DNA of 64,000 bases from positions 146,816,001-146,880,000 of the forward strand of contig OX597817.1 of NCBI GenBank assembly GCA_951406725.2, in the 5' to 3' direction. The position numbers and the translations under genes are program-made. The first letter of the stretch is position 1; each line of letters starts with the position of its first letter. The DNA comes from Octopus vulgaris (taxonomy: Eukaryota). Under the pieces are notes generated by a model. It saw only the letters and a list, made by a program, of their open reading frames with translations, searched no databases and was not told where the DNA came from. Below are positions 38,596 through 51,260 of this stretch, one piece after another.

Positions 38596-40586
38596 GGAGC
38601 AATCGGAATAGTTTCTAGCCATGTTAGTCATTCATCAGAGAAAGAATAACTGTCTTCTGTCCATGGATAGAATAGATGTTTATACTTCAATGTGTAGTAC
38701 ATTTCCAGTTTGGGAATCAACACCACGGTCTAGTGGACATGAGTGCAACACTCTAACCGTTAAACCACGTGAATTCACGACGGGAATATCACGAGGGATC
38801 AGTCTCTCGTGCCACTTCGCAACACCTCCCTTTTCAGGCTCTGGGGCTGAGAGGAGATAACCATTTTGAAATACATGCCTCCAACTATCTGGTTAGGGCT
38901 CGTCGTGAGTTGACTCGATGTATTTACGCCTATTCGTCTACACCGAAAAATCTTCTCCATGACAAAATACTAATTTCCAGCTGAGCTGATGGGAGCAAGA
39001 TGAAATGAAGTACCTTGTTGAAGGACGCAACACACCTCTCAGGCTAGAAATCAAACCAACCACCTTATGAATGTAAGCTTAACACCCTAACTATTTGGCT
39101 ACTCACCTAATAAGGTATGTACCTTAGCCCAATAAATCGGGTTCGAATATGCCTCAAGCATATTTGAACTTGTAACAAGATTGCATTTACACGCAATACT
39201 GCTTAGTACTGTCTATATATAACTGGTATATTATTTTTTATCAACCATAGAGCTGCAAAATGCAAAATTGATTGTGAATTTTAAAACTGAGAACATAAAC
39301 ATGACGTAAGAGAAGAGTAAAGAAATAAAAATAGAGAAATGAAACTGAAAATGGTAAGGACCGAAATGAAAACAAACAAACAAACAATAAAAAGGCATGG
39401 GAAGTGATCGAAAGAAAATAGAAAAGAGAGGATAAGAAAAATAGAAACTGTTGCTTTCAATTATGAGAGATAATATTGTATTTCTGAGTGATCAATATTA
39501 CGTGATTTTGGTAAACTCACTGAATATTATGATTTATTACCATAGTGTATTCATTGAAAATGTTTTAGACTGAATCTACGTTTGCGTTGGTTCCTCGCTA
39601 TATATTTTTCTTCGTGTTTGGGAGAGCTTATTGTAATCTCTTGGTTTTTGTATTTTTATATTTTTCTCAATATTTTTCAACAAAGATGTATATTTTATCA
39701 ATATATATTGAAAGTGTAGTTGTGAAGAAGTTTAGATTTAATCAAGCATTTGTGTCGCAGTTAGTTCTATTGGAGAGAAATAATATTTCAGTTTGTGTAT
39801 ATTAGTTTGTCTTTAGCTGGAGTTCAACATGTTACAAGCGTCTGACACGTATTGAATGTTATCTTTCAATCACTAATACAACTGGGTTGCATATATATAT
39901 ATATATATATATATACATACACATGTATATACATAAATAGATTCATACACATACACACAAGTGGTACGTGATTTTCTTACTGTTATTATTCAGTTATTAT
40001 TCAGTCTCTGTCCTAGCAGATTTATGACTGAACATACCTCCAGTGGTTACCACCCTATCTTTTATTATATCTAGAACTAGATTGTGCAATTTGTCCTTCT
40101 TAATTTTAAACGGAATAGAGTAACGTAAGTGAGATTTGGCTGCCGTTTATAGCAGATCGAACATCTACGTTGAGAGAGTCCGTTGTGACCTCTAATCTCA
40201 GCCAGGGAGTATAACTCGGTACAGTCTACCATATTTTCACTAATTATTTTAGGCGTCTATGTTGTCGTGAGGACAGGGACACCGTTTCGGTCCTCCCTCT
40301 CCAAGACTCAGCGGAACATCGAAAATCTGATACCTGAAGAACAGAAGACGAGATGAACTAGTTCTTGATTAATACTAATTTTCAGCTGAGCTGATGGGAG
40401 CCAGATAAAATGAAGCACCTCTCAGGCTAGAAATCGAACCAACCACCTTGTGAATATAAGCTTAATACCCTAACTATTAGGCTACTCACCTAATAAGGTA
40501 TGTACCTTAGCCCAATAAATCTAATATATTTTATGCCCTGAAAAAATATCCTTTTATTTGTTAAGGAAAAGAAATAATCATATATA

Positions 40587-41003
40587 TATTTCTTTATTGC
40601 CCACAGAGGGCTAAACATAGAGGGGACAAACAAGGACAGACAAAGGGTTTCAGTCGATTTCATCGACCCCAGTGCGTAACTAGTACTTCTTTAATCGACC
40701 CCGAAAGGATGAAAGGCAAAGTCGAGCTTGGCGGCGTTTGAACTCAGAACGTAACGCTAGCCAAAATACCTATTTCTTTACTACCCACAAGGGGCTAAAC
40801 ACAGAAGGGACAAACAAGGACAGACAAACGGATTAAGTCGATTATATCGACCCCAGTGCGTAACTGGTACTTAATTTATCGACCCCCAACAGGATGAAAG
40901 GCAAAGTCGACCTCGGCGGAATTTGAACTCAGAACGTAACGCTAGACGAAATACCGCTAAACATTTCACCGGCGTGCTAACGATTCTGCCAGCTTGCCGC
41001 CTT
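40587..41003 (-). mobile_element. SINE family B dimer with TSD
   Basis: Junction at 40770; aagaaataatcatata on both sides. Confidence 0.92.
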
Positions 41004-41283
41004 ATAAGAAATAATCATATAAGCTGAAAATTGTTTTCACTCTTTCAGAATAGAGAAGTTCCCTATGGAACGTATCCACAGTACAACTCGTATCTAGAAC
41101 TCTCCTGTCCAACGAAGAAAAGTCTTTGGAGACAGCGATTTGGTGACATATACGAGATTAAAAAGGCCGCCAAGAAGCGAATCCCTGAATTGTTTTCAAA
41201 GAGGACTTAGGACTTGGGTTCAACGATGGTGCAAATGCATCACTTGTGATGGTGACTATGTTTAGTAATTGCTTGGTATGGAG

Positions 41284-41896
41284 CAATGGTTCTGAACCGG
41301 GGTCCGTATGACACTTGAGGGGTGGTGGTTCATATACGATTTTGTTGTTAAAGTTTATGACTAATAAATTATTTCGTTCTTGGATTTAGTTTGCAAGATT
41401 CTTTATGTGAGCTCGTGTGTTGAAGCATATTCTGTTGTGTCTGGGGAGAGTCATTTTCTTTTTGTGCCTGATAATTTAACACACCCTTTAATCATTGTAC
41501 ATTGAGCAACGCATTTCATTTCAGGTTCTTTCAATCTACACCTCTGAATCTGAGTACCAGTGATACTTGGAGGTTTAACCTTGTGACAGATTGTAATCTC
41601 GCTTTTTTTTTTTGCTCCCAATCGCTTAAACGCAACAAAAAATAAAAAAAGAAATAAGTGGAAATTATACCGGTGAGTGTGTTAAATTATAAGGCGCGAA
41701 AAGAAAATGACCCTCATCAGACACAACAGAATAATAAATTTGTTACAATGCACAAAATATTTAAACATTTTTTAAATACAATCCCTAATCATACCTAATT
41801 ATGTAAATATAATAGGGTTTCTTAAAAATGAGGGTTCATCGGAATAAGCTAAACTTGAAAATTGTCTAAAGGCAAAAAATAGTTGAGAACGACTAT
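41284..41896. mobile_element. Degraded hAT-like MITE hosting an inverted-repeat insertion
   Basis: caatggttctgaacc ... agttgagaacgacta ends; aataaatt on both sides of the internal insert. Confidence 0.45.
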
Positions 41897-42753
41897 TAAG
41901 AAAGAATTCTACCAACATGTACAATTCGAACGACATGTCAGTCAGCAAACAAAGTTATGCCAACTTGTGCACTGCTTTCAATTCAAACCTCGTATAATAG
42001 CTTTCTAGTTACATTAAGTGTCTGTTCCAGTATTCGTAGTAAATACAATCTTGCTATGTCAGATTTTGGAGATGTATTCTACACACAGTCGTTATTTCTC
42101 TTATTTTTCCTCTCTAATCTTACTAATTCATGTATCGCCCAGTTGAGATTTTTATAACTAAAACTTATCACTGGAACTTTCTAGGTATTGATTTTATATA
42201 TTACTTCTTTTGGATTAACCTCTGTTTTAAATACTAATCTAATGCATCCATAATATCCCTTTCTAACATTTTCTTTATTTAGTGTGTGTTGTACACAGTC
42301 TAGCTGAATAATTCTTATGTAGTTGTAAGTCTGTTTTTAGTCTAAGCCCGTTATTTCAGTGTCTTTATTTGACATGGCATTAGCGTTCCTTTTAATTTTC
42401 ATCTCTTCGAGGTTAACTTAGCGCATATTTCTAACTCGATTTTCAACAATTCTATTAAATATGTGCACCGTCGTCATTTATTATCCGTAGCCTATAAATA
42501 AGTACGTCCATATACAAAAGACAGTTGATTATCTTCTTATACCATTTGTATCCAAACCTCGTCTGCCTTCATATTGTGGTTAAAATGTTGGCGTTAGACA
42601 GAAGTTGAGTGGAGAGAGTGAGTCCTCCCGAGGAATTTTCCTCAGTATTAGAAATGGTGTGGTTGTTTTTTTTTTTTATAATTCCTTCTTCTTGCTGTAT
42701 TTGCAGAATTGTTTGCCATTTATTCGTGCCATGTATAAATTGTCTGCTTATTA

Positions 42754-43149
42754 CTCTTTTACTTGTTTCAGTCATTTGACTGTGGCCATGCTGGAGCACC
42801 GCCTTTAGTTGAGCAAATCGACCCCTGGACTTATTCTTTGTAAACCTAGTACTTATTCTATCGGTCTCTTTTTGCCGAACCGCTAACTTACGGGGACGTA
42901 AACACACCACCATCGGTTGTCAAGCGATGTTGGGGGGACAAACACAGACACACAAACACACACACACACGCACACACATACACATATATAAGACGGGCTT
43001 CTTTCAGTTTCCGTCTTCCGAATCCACTCACAAAGCTTTGGTCGGCCCGAGGCTATAATAGAAGACACTTACCCAAGATGCCACACAATGGGAATGAACC
43101 CGGAACCATGTGGTTGGTAAACAAACTACTTACCACACAGCCACTCCTG
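42754..43149 (-). mobile_element. SINE family A, near-consensus
   Basis: Complete; TSD ctgcttatta. Confidence 0.93.
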
Positions 43150-43344
43150 CTTATTAATGATAGTTAGTTGAGATCCATAAACATTAGGTCGTGTGTTCGA
43201 TTCTCGAATGGGGACGACACATTGTGTCCTTGAGCAACGCATTTCATTTCAGGTTCTGAGTACCAGTGATACTTGGAGGCTTAACCTTGTGACGGATTGT
43301 AATCTCGCTTTTTTTTTTTGCTCCCAATCGCTTAAATGCAACTA

Positions 43345-43600
43345 AAACCAGGATATACTCTCGCCTAATGAATTCATCGACTTCAACTTTAACATTCATT
43401 ATGGTTAATGTTTCCAGAATCAACTGGTTAGGAACTCTGTCAAAATCCTTCTGGTAGTCAATCCATGTCAAACACTTCAAATCTTTTTTCTTTCCACTGT
43501 CTCCGGTCATAATTTTCTTCAGCATTATATGTTCTTTACGACCACAAGCCTTAACAGTATCCCTTCTATTCTTCTGAAAGAGAGCTGCTTTATTTTTGGT
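43345..43600 (-). pseudogene. R4-like reverse transcriptase fragment
   Basis: LTWIDYQKDFDRVPNQLILETL resembles AWIDYKKAFDSVPHxWILE. Confidence 0.65.
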
Positions 43601-43767
43601 GGTTATATATTTCCCATGTAAACTCGAGATTGTAAGGTTATCGGCCGCAATATTTATGGTTTGTCGTCTGGTATTTTTCCATTTCCTTCAGTATATTATT
43701 AAATATTTGTAATGACAATGATTATTATTACCACTCATATGATATAATCAATATTATCATTATCATT

Positions 43768-43771
<4 letters not shown>

Positions 43772-43866
<95 letters not shown>

Positions 43867-43881
43867 GTTATTGTTATTATT
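43772..43881. repeat. (ATT)n microsatellite
   Basis: Directly visible. Confidence 0.97.
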
Positions 43882-44376
43882 TTGATAACAGTTCACGACC
43901 TCCATATATCCCTAGTTTTCATTAGTTGTTAAGCTGAAGAGAGACAAAACGTCTATATATCGAAATATTGTGAAATAAGGAAGGACATTAATATATCTCA
44001 GATGTATATTATATTAGGACACACACTGTAATAATAATAATAATAATAATAATAATGACACACACATATATATATATATAAATATATACATCTTTCCATG
44101 TATGTATAACGGTGTAATTGAATATATTAATATCAGCTACCATACAGTATAATATCAGTGAATATATTAAAACTATTTCTGTAATATTAAGCATCGTTTC
44201 ATTACCAAATGCATTGTCTGTCGTATTATTCAGTGACATTTAATACTGCACTGTAATTTTATTGTTATATTGCATCTCATTCTTGGGAGTAAAAGTGTGT
44301 GTATGTATGTGTGTGTGTGTGTGTGTGTGTAAGTGTGTGAGTATGAATGCATGGGGTTGAAAATGTGTGTCTATGC

Positions 44377-44394
44377 ATTGCTTCATCTATCAGG

Positions 44395-44439
<45 letters not shown>

Positions 44440-44495
44440 AATGTATGTATGTATGTATGTATGTATGTATGTATGTATGTATGTACGTACGTACG

Positions 44496-44534
<39 letters not shown>

Positions 44535-44567
44535 GTATGTATGTATGTATGTATGTACGTACGTACG

Positions 44568-44606
<39 letters not shown>

Positions 44607-44675
44607 GTATGTATGTATGTATGTATGTATGTATGTATGTATGTATGTATGTATGTATGTATGTACGTACGTACG

Positions 44676-44709
<34 letters not shown>

Positions 44710-44742
44710 TGTATGTATGTATGTATATATATATATGTATGA

Positions 44743-44784
<42 letters not shown>

Positions 44785-44838
44785 TCATACATATATATAT
44801 ACATACATACATACATACATACATACTTACATACATAC

Positions 44839-44885
<47 letters not shown>

Positions 44886-44982
44886 CGTACGTACGTACAT
44901 ACATACATACATACATACATACATACATACATACATTCATACATATATATATATATATATAATTCCTGATAGATGAAGCAAT
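44377..44982. repeat. About 600-bp foldback of a compound microsatellite with unique inverted ends
   Basis: attgcttcatctatcaggaatta ... taattcctgatagatgaagcaat; (TATG)n mirrors (CATA)n around a central (TA)n. Confidence 0.9.
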
Positions 44983-45014
44983 ATGTACATATATATATAT
45001 ATTATATGCATATA

Positions 45015-45064
<50 letters not shown>

Positions 45065-45088
45065 TATATATATATCTATATATCTATA

Positions 45089-45147
<59 letters not shown>

Positions 45148-45249
45148 TATGTGTATATACATATTTTATATATATGTATGTGTGTGTGTGTGCTGGCAAT
45201 ACACGCATACAGACACTCACACACACACACACATATGTACATATGTACG

Positions 45250-45302
<53 letters not shown>

Positions 45303-45481
45303 ACGCACACATATATCTGCATGTATGTTCAGAGAACATTATTTCAAAGCACTTTTAAGAAGAATAAGTGAACACGTACTGATAATGTCTCTATACTGAG
45401 TCGATTTTATTGCGAAGCTCAAGTTGCGTGGACCCCCGTAATATATATGCACGTATGTATGTGTGTATACACACACCCTGA

Positions 45482-45512
<31 letters not shown>

Positions 45513-45600
45513 ATATGTATGTGTGTGTGTGTGCGTGTGTGTGTATATATATATGTATATATATATTACACTTATACACATAAACACACACACATTTATA

Positions 45601-46467
45601 CAGCGTGCGATGGGTAAATTGTCGCCATTTTGTATTTTTAATTTCATGCATGCGCATTGTTTGGTTTTGATTTTGTCGACAACACAGTATAGTAGGGGCA
45701 GATAGGCACCGTCTGTGAGAAACACAGCACCGTGATGCAATTCACTCTGCCAGAAATTTGGAAACGACATGTTGTACTGCCTGGCATTCGCACCGGAAGC
45801 TTCAGTACGAACATTTCAGAGTGTTGGGTGTTAATCTGAGTCCCCAAAACATGTACCGAGAGTGATAAAAATCAAATATCCAATCAACATCATGGTATTT
45901 GGAGTGATCACTATTAATGGCGAAGTCATGCCGCCATTCATCTTCTCACACAGCCTCAGACTCAACACAGAGGCCTACATCAAATGCCTGGAAGAGGTAG
46001 TGCTGACCTGGGTCAAGAGGGTGGCTGCTGGAAGACCCTATGTCTGGAAACATGACTCTGTACAATGTCACGCAAACTGGAGAATGCAGTCATGGATGTC
46101 AGACAATTCCTGTGACCACATCATCCATAACATCTGATCACTTAACTCCCCCTTGATTATTATGTGTGGGGCGCAGTCAAGATGGAGACCAACAAAACTC
46201 CTTGTAATACCAAAGATGAACTGAAGGCAAGGATTATGGCAGCATTCACCAACTTAAAGAAGGAGACCGCCCAGAAAAGTTACAGGAGATTCCGAAGTGG
46301 TCTGGAGGTCGTTGTTGAAGCTATTGGCGATTTTATTGAATAAATATACTCTTTAGTATTTCAAGATATTTTTATGTAAATTTTGATAAATATATCTGTT
46401 AAAATGAAATCTGAGTTTTATTTTCATTTTTGCGTAATTGAGACAAAAATTCATTTACCGCACCCTG
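45601..46467 (+). mobile_element. Internally deleted Tc1/mariner element, DD37D (maT-like)
   Basis: MVFGVIT..G.VMPPFIF...RPYVWKHDS..CH...LDYYVWG; imperfect TIRs cagcgtgcgatgggtaaatt / aattcatttaccgcaccctg with TA flanks. Confidence 0.85.
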
Positions 46468-46723
46468 TATGTATGTATGTATGTATGTATGTATGTATGC
46501 ATGTATGTATGTATGTATGTATGTATGCATGTATGCATGTATGTATGTATGTATGTATGTATGTATGTATGTATGTATGTATGTATGTATGTGTGCATGC
46601 ATGCATGCATGTATGTATGTATGTATGTATGTATATTATATTATATATATTATATTATATTACATATATATGGAAGAAAAAGTCAAGGTAGAAAATGCTA
46701 AAATAATTTTATAAAATACATTT

Positions 46724-46759
46724 CAGTACCAGTTTCAGTCATTGAGACTTTTTCAACTG
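46724..46759 (-). ncRNA. Degenerate minimal hammerhead
   Basis: Sense cag-TTGAAAA-AGTC tcaat GACT-GAAAC-tg-GTA-ctg; all three stems pair, two core substitutions. Confidence 0.55.
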
Positions 46760-46908
46760 TAAATATGGAAAACAATTAAATTTTGGAAAAATTAAAACAA
46801 AAGTTTTTTAAAAGAATATTTGCATAGTGTTCAAATGCAAGTGGCATTTTCCTTGTTTCTGTCTCTCTTGTTTATTCTTGTGGGTTCGAGGTCCATGTTA
46901 TTATTATT

Positions 46909-46977
46909 ATGGCGTAATTGTTAAGAGCGCGGTCTACTAATCCCAAGATTCCGAGTTCGATTCCAAGCAGTGACCGG

Positions 46978-47062
<85 letters not shown>

Positions 47063-47244
47063 TCGAAAAATGCCTTAGGAATGAGAACCCAGGTTCGAAA
47101 TTTCCCCAAGAGACCTGATAAAGGCTGGAGGGCATATTAGCCGAAACGTTATGTTAACAACAAGCAAGATGAGGACAAATGTCCGTCAAATGTAAATAAT
47201 GTAAATAATGTACATAATTCCTCATCTCTTAAATATAGAACTGT
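46909..47244 (+). mobile_element. tRNA-headed SINE-like element with (AAC)(AAT) body and hammerhead-bearing tail
   Basis: A-box-like tggcgtaattg, B box gagttcgattcc (46953-46964), then CTGATAA-A-GGCTG...TAGCC-GAAAC-GTT at 47115-47150. Confidence 0.7.
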
Positions 47245-47431
47245 AACATTAATGCAATATGCTTGAATATTTTCATTAAAAGCCATCAAATCCATTGTCT
47301 GTTTCCTTTTCTTTAGGATAACTCGTCCAAGTCATCTCCTTAAACAGTATCTTCATATGGATCGACAGCATCGGCCATGCGATCATCTGTGTCATTTTCT
47401 TCGGTCACGCAGTCAATATTTCTTCATATCT

Positions 47432-47646
47432 GAAGGCGGCGAGCTGGTAGAATCGTTAGCCCGCCGGACAGAATACCTAGCGGCATTTCGTCCGTCTTTA
47501 CGTTCTGAGTTCAATTTCTGCCGAGGCCAACGTTGCCCTTCATCCTTTCGGGGTCGATAGAATAAGTACTAGTTGTGCACTGGGGTCGATGTTATAGACT
47601 CATCCATCCCCCAAAAATTGCTGGCCTTGTGCCAAAATTTGAAACT
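47432..47646 (+). mobile_element. SINE family B monomer with tail type D
   Basis: Tail gctggccttgtgccaaaatttgaaac; TSD atttcttca[t/c]atc. Confidence 0.88.
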
Positions 47647-47929
47647 GAGATTTCTTCACATCCCAAATCAATTACTGTTCCACCTCTGCCATTTGAAATC
47701 CTGCATTGCTTAATAAATCCGCAGATACTGGTTTGATTTCACCCAAGATTCTTACGGTCCATTGAGGCAATGTTGCTAATATTGTTGAAGCTCGTATCTT
47801 CACCACCCGCCTTTTGTATATGTCATTTCTCCTTTCTATGAAATGATAACTTTTCCCCAAATTATTGTGGATGATTTCACCTTCGCTTTCTCTCCCCTAC
47901 AAAATTTCTTCTTCTAAATCCTAAAGATC

Positions 47930-48236
47930 GTGGAGGCGCAATGGCCCAGTGGTTAGGGCAGCGGACTCGCGGTCGGAGGATCGCGCTTTTGATTCCCAGA
48001 CCGGGCGTCGTGTATGTTTATTGAGCGAAAACACCTAAAGCTCCACGAAGCTCCGGCAGGGGGTGGTGGCGACCCCTGTTGTACTTTTTTGCCCCAAATT
48101 TCTCTCACTCTCTCTTCCTGTTTCTTGAGTAACGCTGCGATGGACTGGCGTCACGTGCAGCTGGTGGGGAACACATACGTCACAGAAACTGGGAAACCGG
48201 GCCCATGAGCCTGGCTAGGCTTGAAAAAGGGCGCGA
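47930..48236 (+). mobile_element. SINE family C variant
   Basis: gtggaggcgcaatggcccagtggttagggcagcgg...; TSD tcctaaagatc. Confidence 0.9.
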
Positions 48237-49199
48237 AATTCCTAAAGATCACACTTGGATTATCTTAAAATCCGAAATACCTATTTTCTCGCCAGTTTCA
48301 AAGCAAAACCTTCATTTTCGGGAAATATCATATCAAGTTGTTACTTCCATTTCCAACCTTAGTAGTCACCTATGACCCTATCCTCTATTAACACATTTTA
48401 TTTTCGACATTTGATTAGAAAAAGAGAACTTTTCTCAATCTCCAGTAATCTTTTTCCGAAGCTCTAAATTCTTTTGCTGTTGCACAGTTATCACCGTTCT
48501 GCGTAACCAATCACATTGCTATAAACTGGTTTCCTTTTGAATCTATGCTAACAGATGTCATGAGCCTGGCATGTCTATTCTGTAACACGATGCAGTTTGA
48601 ACTAATGGCAGAGTTAGTCATACCAGTGAGTCAGATCACCTCCATTGCAGTTGTCATTTTATAGCTGTTCCGTTTAAAATATTAAATTGTATAGCTTTTC
48701 CCCAGATTGTTTTCCGAAACAGTACAGTTTACAGTTTACAATAACGGGAAATATTATGAGAATCCCACAGGAAAAAATAAACAAACGGAAACACTAACGA
48801 TTTTAAAAGCTGCAAAACTGCAGCCTGATTTTGATATATTGTTGGTTTCTTTAGCTAAAGGCATTGTGGAAATTTCCTACGAATCTACAGGAAAGAAAAT
48901 CTATATTTACGTAGATATTATTCCTTATTTTTATTTACTGTTTATTTCAAAACTGATAAAAATAATATTATTTCAGTGTATGCAACTTTATAAGGGCATA
49001 CACTGAAAGTGATGCAAAATGTTCATTGCTGTTATATCAACTGACATAGGTCGTTCAAATTGTACAAGTATGTAGAGTAACTCTTTTTCTAAACAAAGGT
49101 ATTACTCAACACAGCACACATCACAAACGATGGATTTTCGTCGTCGTACAACTGAATTCTCGAAACCTTACAAAAATTTCAGGCGTGCACTGCTGTACT

Positions 49200-49720
49200 T
49201 ATGACTTCATAATCCTTTCTGCTTTGTCTGTGCCATAAAGTTACTGTCGGTGAAGACTGTCCTTCATTGGACCAAACCGGTGGAAGTCGACGGGCACAAA
49301 GACCGTGCTATACGGTAGATGGGAGACCACTGATCAGTTCAATTTATCGACTACCTGATTTGTCGCAACAAAAGTGTGAGTAGGTCTTCCGATTGCTGTC
49401 AGCTTGATGTCCTTCACGTTCCGTTTAGACTGCATAAAAGACACGAGCAGGAAGATTTCGGATAACTGATGTTCTGGACAGAGAGAACTGGGTATAGTGT
49501 AGAGTTGTGAGGTTGGATACATCAAGGGTGACGAATAAGTCGTGGGGGCCTGAGCGGTGGTATACGAGAACCGCCAGATGTGGCGAAGAAAGGCGCGACG
49601 ATGATATAGGTTCGTATTTAATCACATAAAAATGCGAATTTGTGGACAAAAAGCAATGCGTGATGACTGGGTCGGCGGTTCTTTTGGCGGGAAGAGTTTT
49701 TTGGCGTCATGAGTTCTGCA
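49200..49720 (-). pseudogene. Degraded Penelope-like RT relic
   Basis: DLFVTLDVSNL resembles LVTLDVxSLYTNIP; downstream motifs are weak. Confidence 0.4.
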
Positions 49721-49759
49721 TATCAGTTGAATATATGTATGTATGTACATATACTTTTT

Positions 49760-50152
49760 TACTCTTTTACTTGTTTCAGTCATTTGACTGCGACCATGCT
49801 GGAGCACCGCTTCTAGTCGAGTAAATTGACCCCAGGACTTATTCTTTGTAAGTCTAGTACTTATTCTATCGGTCTCTCCTGTCGAACTGCTAAGTTACGA
49901 GGACGTAAACCCCAGCATCGGTTGTCAAGCGATGTTGGGGGGGGGGGGACAAACACAAACACACAAACATACACACATATACATACATACATATATACGA
50001 CGGGCTTCTTTCAGTTTCCGTCTGCCAAAACCACTCACAAGGTTTTGGTCGGCCCTAGGCTATAGTATACGACACTTGCCCAAGGTGCCACGCAGTGGGA
50101 TTGAGCCCGGAACCATGTGGTTGGTAAGCAAGCTAATTACCACACAGCCACT
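49760..50152 (-). mobile_element. SINE family A, followed by an opposite-strand family A 3' half (to about 50400)
   Basis: Complete minus-strand copy; 50160-50398 carries body and tail on plus. Confidence 0.9.
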
Positions 50153-50663
50153 CGTAGGTCTACGTGTGTGTATCTTTGTCTTTTTCTGTATCTCTGCCAC
50201 TCACCACTAGTATCGATTGGTTTACGTCCCCTTGTGTCGGTTCAGCAAAAAGAGAGCGTTAGAATAAGTACCAGAGTTATGAAAGAAAAAAATAAAGAGG
50301 TGAATTCTGGGACGATTTGTTTTGCTAAATTCTTCGAGGTGGTGCCATAGCATTGGCTGGGTGCAGTCGATTGACTGAAACAAGTAAAAGATAAAAGAAG
50401 ATATACATCTATTGTTAGTGATAGTTTCTCAGATATATGAATAAATCTTGTGACATTAGCAGATGATATTAATTAAAACGAATGTAAATAAAATACAGCA
50501 GTGTGTGTGTGTTTTAAATGACTAATATAACTCTACCAAGACGGCACGACTTAACTCGGAAATTATATATATATATATCTATGCGTGTTTGTGTATGTGT
50601 ATGTGTGTGTGTATATGTATGTATATAAGTATGTGTGTATATGTGTGTATGTGTGTGCGTATG

Positions 50664-50702
<39 letters not shown>

Positions 50703-50718
50703 TGTATTATATTTATGA

Positions 50719-50804
<86 letters not shown>

Positions 50805-50956
50805 ATATGATACATGTATGCACAGACAAACGAATGTATGAATATATATGTAGATGCACTCACATATATTTGTGTGTTTTAGTCAGCCTGCGTGTGTGTA
50901 TATGAGTGTGTGTGTGTGTGTGTGTCTGTGTACATGTGTATGTATATAATTATACA

Positions 50957-51260
50957 TAATTCACAATGGCGCTGCAGATATATGTGTGTATATACATATA
51001 TATATATATACACACACACATATATCCGCAGCGCCATTGTTAATTGGCGTATGGTTACTTATCATATACATATGTATGTGTGCATGTGTGTATATATATA
51101 TATACATACACACACATATCCGCAGCGCCATTGTTAATTGGCTTAAGGATACGTATCATATACATGTGTGTGTGTGTGTGTATGCGTGCGTGTGTATATA
51201 TACACACACATAGATCCGCAGCGCCATTGTTAATTGGCGTAAGGTTACTTATCATGTACA
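50957..51260. repeat. About 95-bp period repeat with a hairpin core and microsatellite spacers
   Basis: atccgcagcgccattgttaattggc at 51024, 51118 and 51214; inverted copy at 50957-50980. Confidence 0.88.

Noticed and set aside
48707-49006. 99-aa non-repetitive ORF (also 55709-56077 and 63109-63411)
   Set aside because: No recognisable motif or splice context, and the length is within chance expectation.
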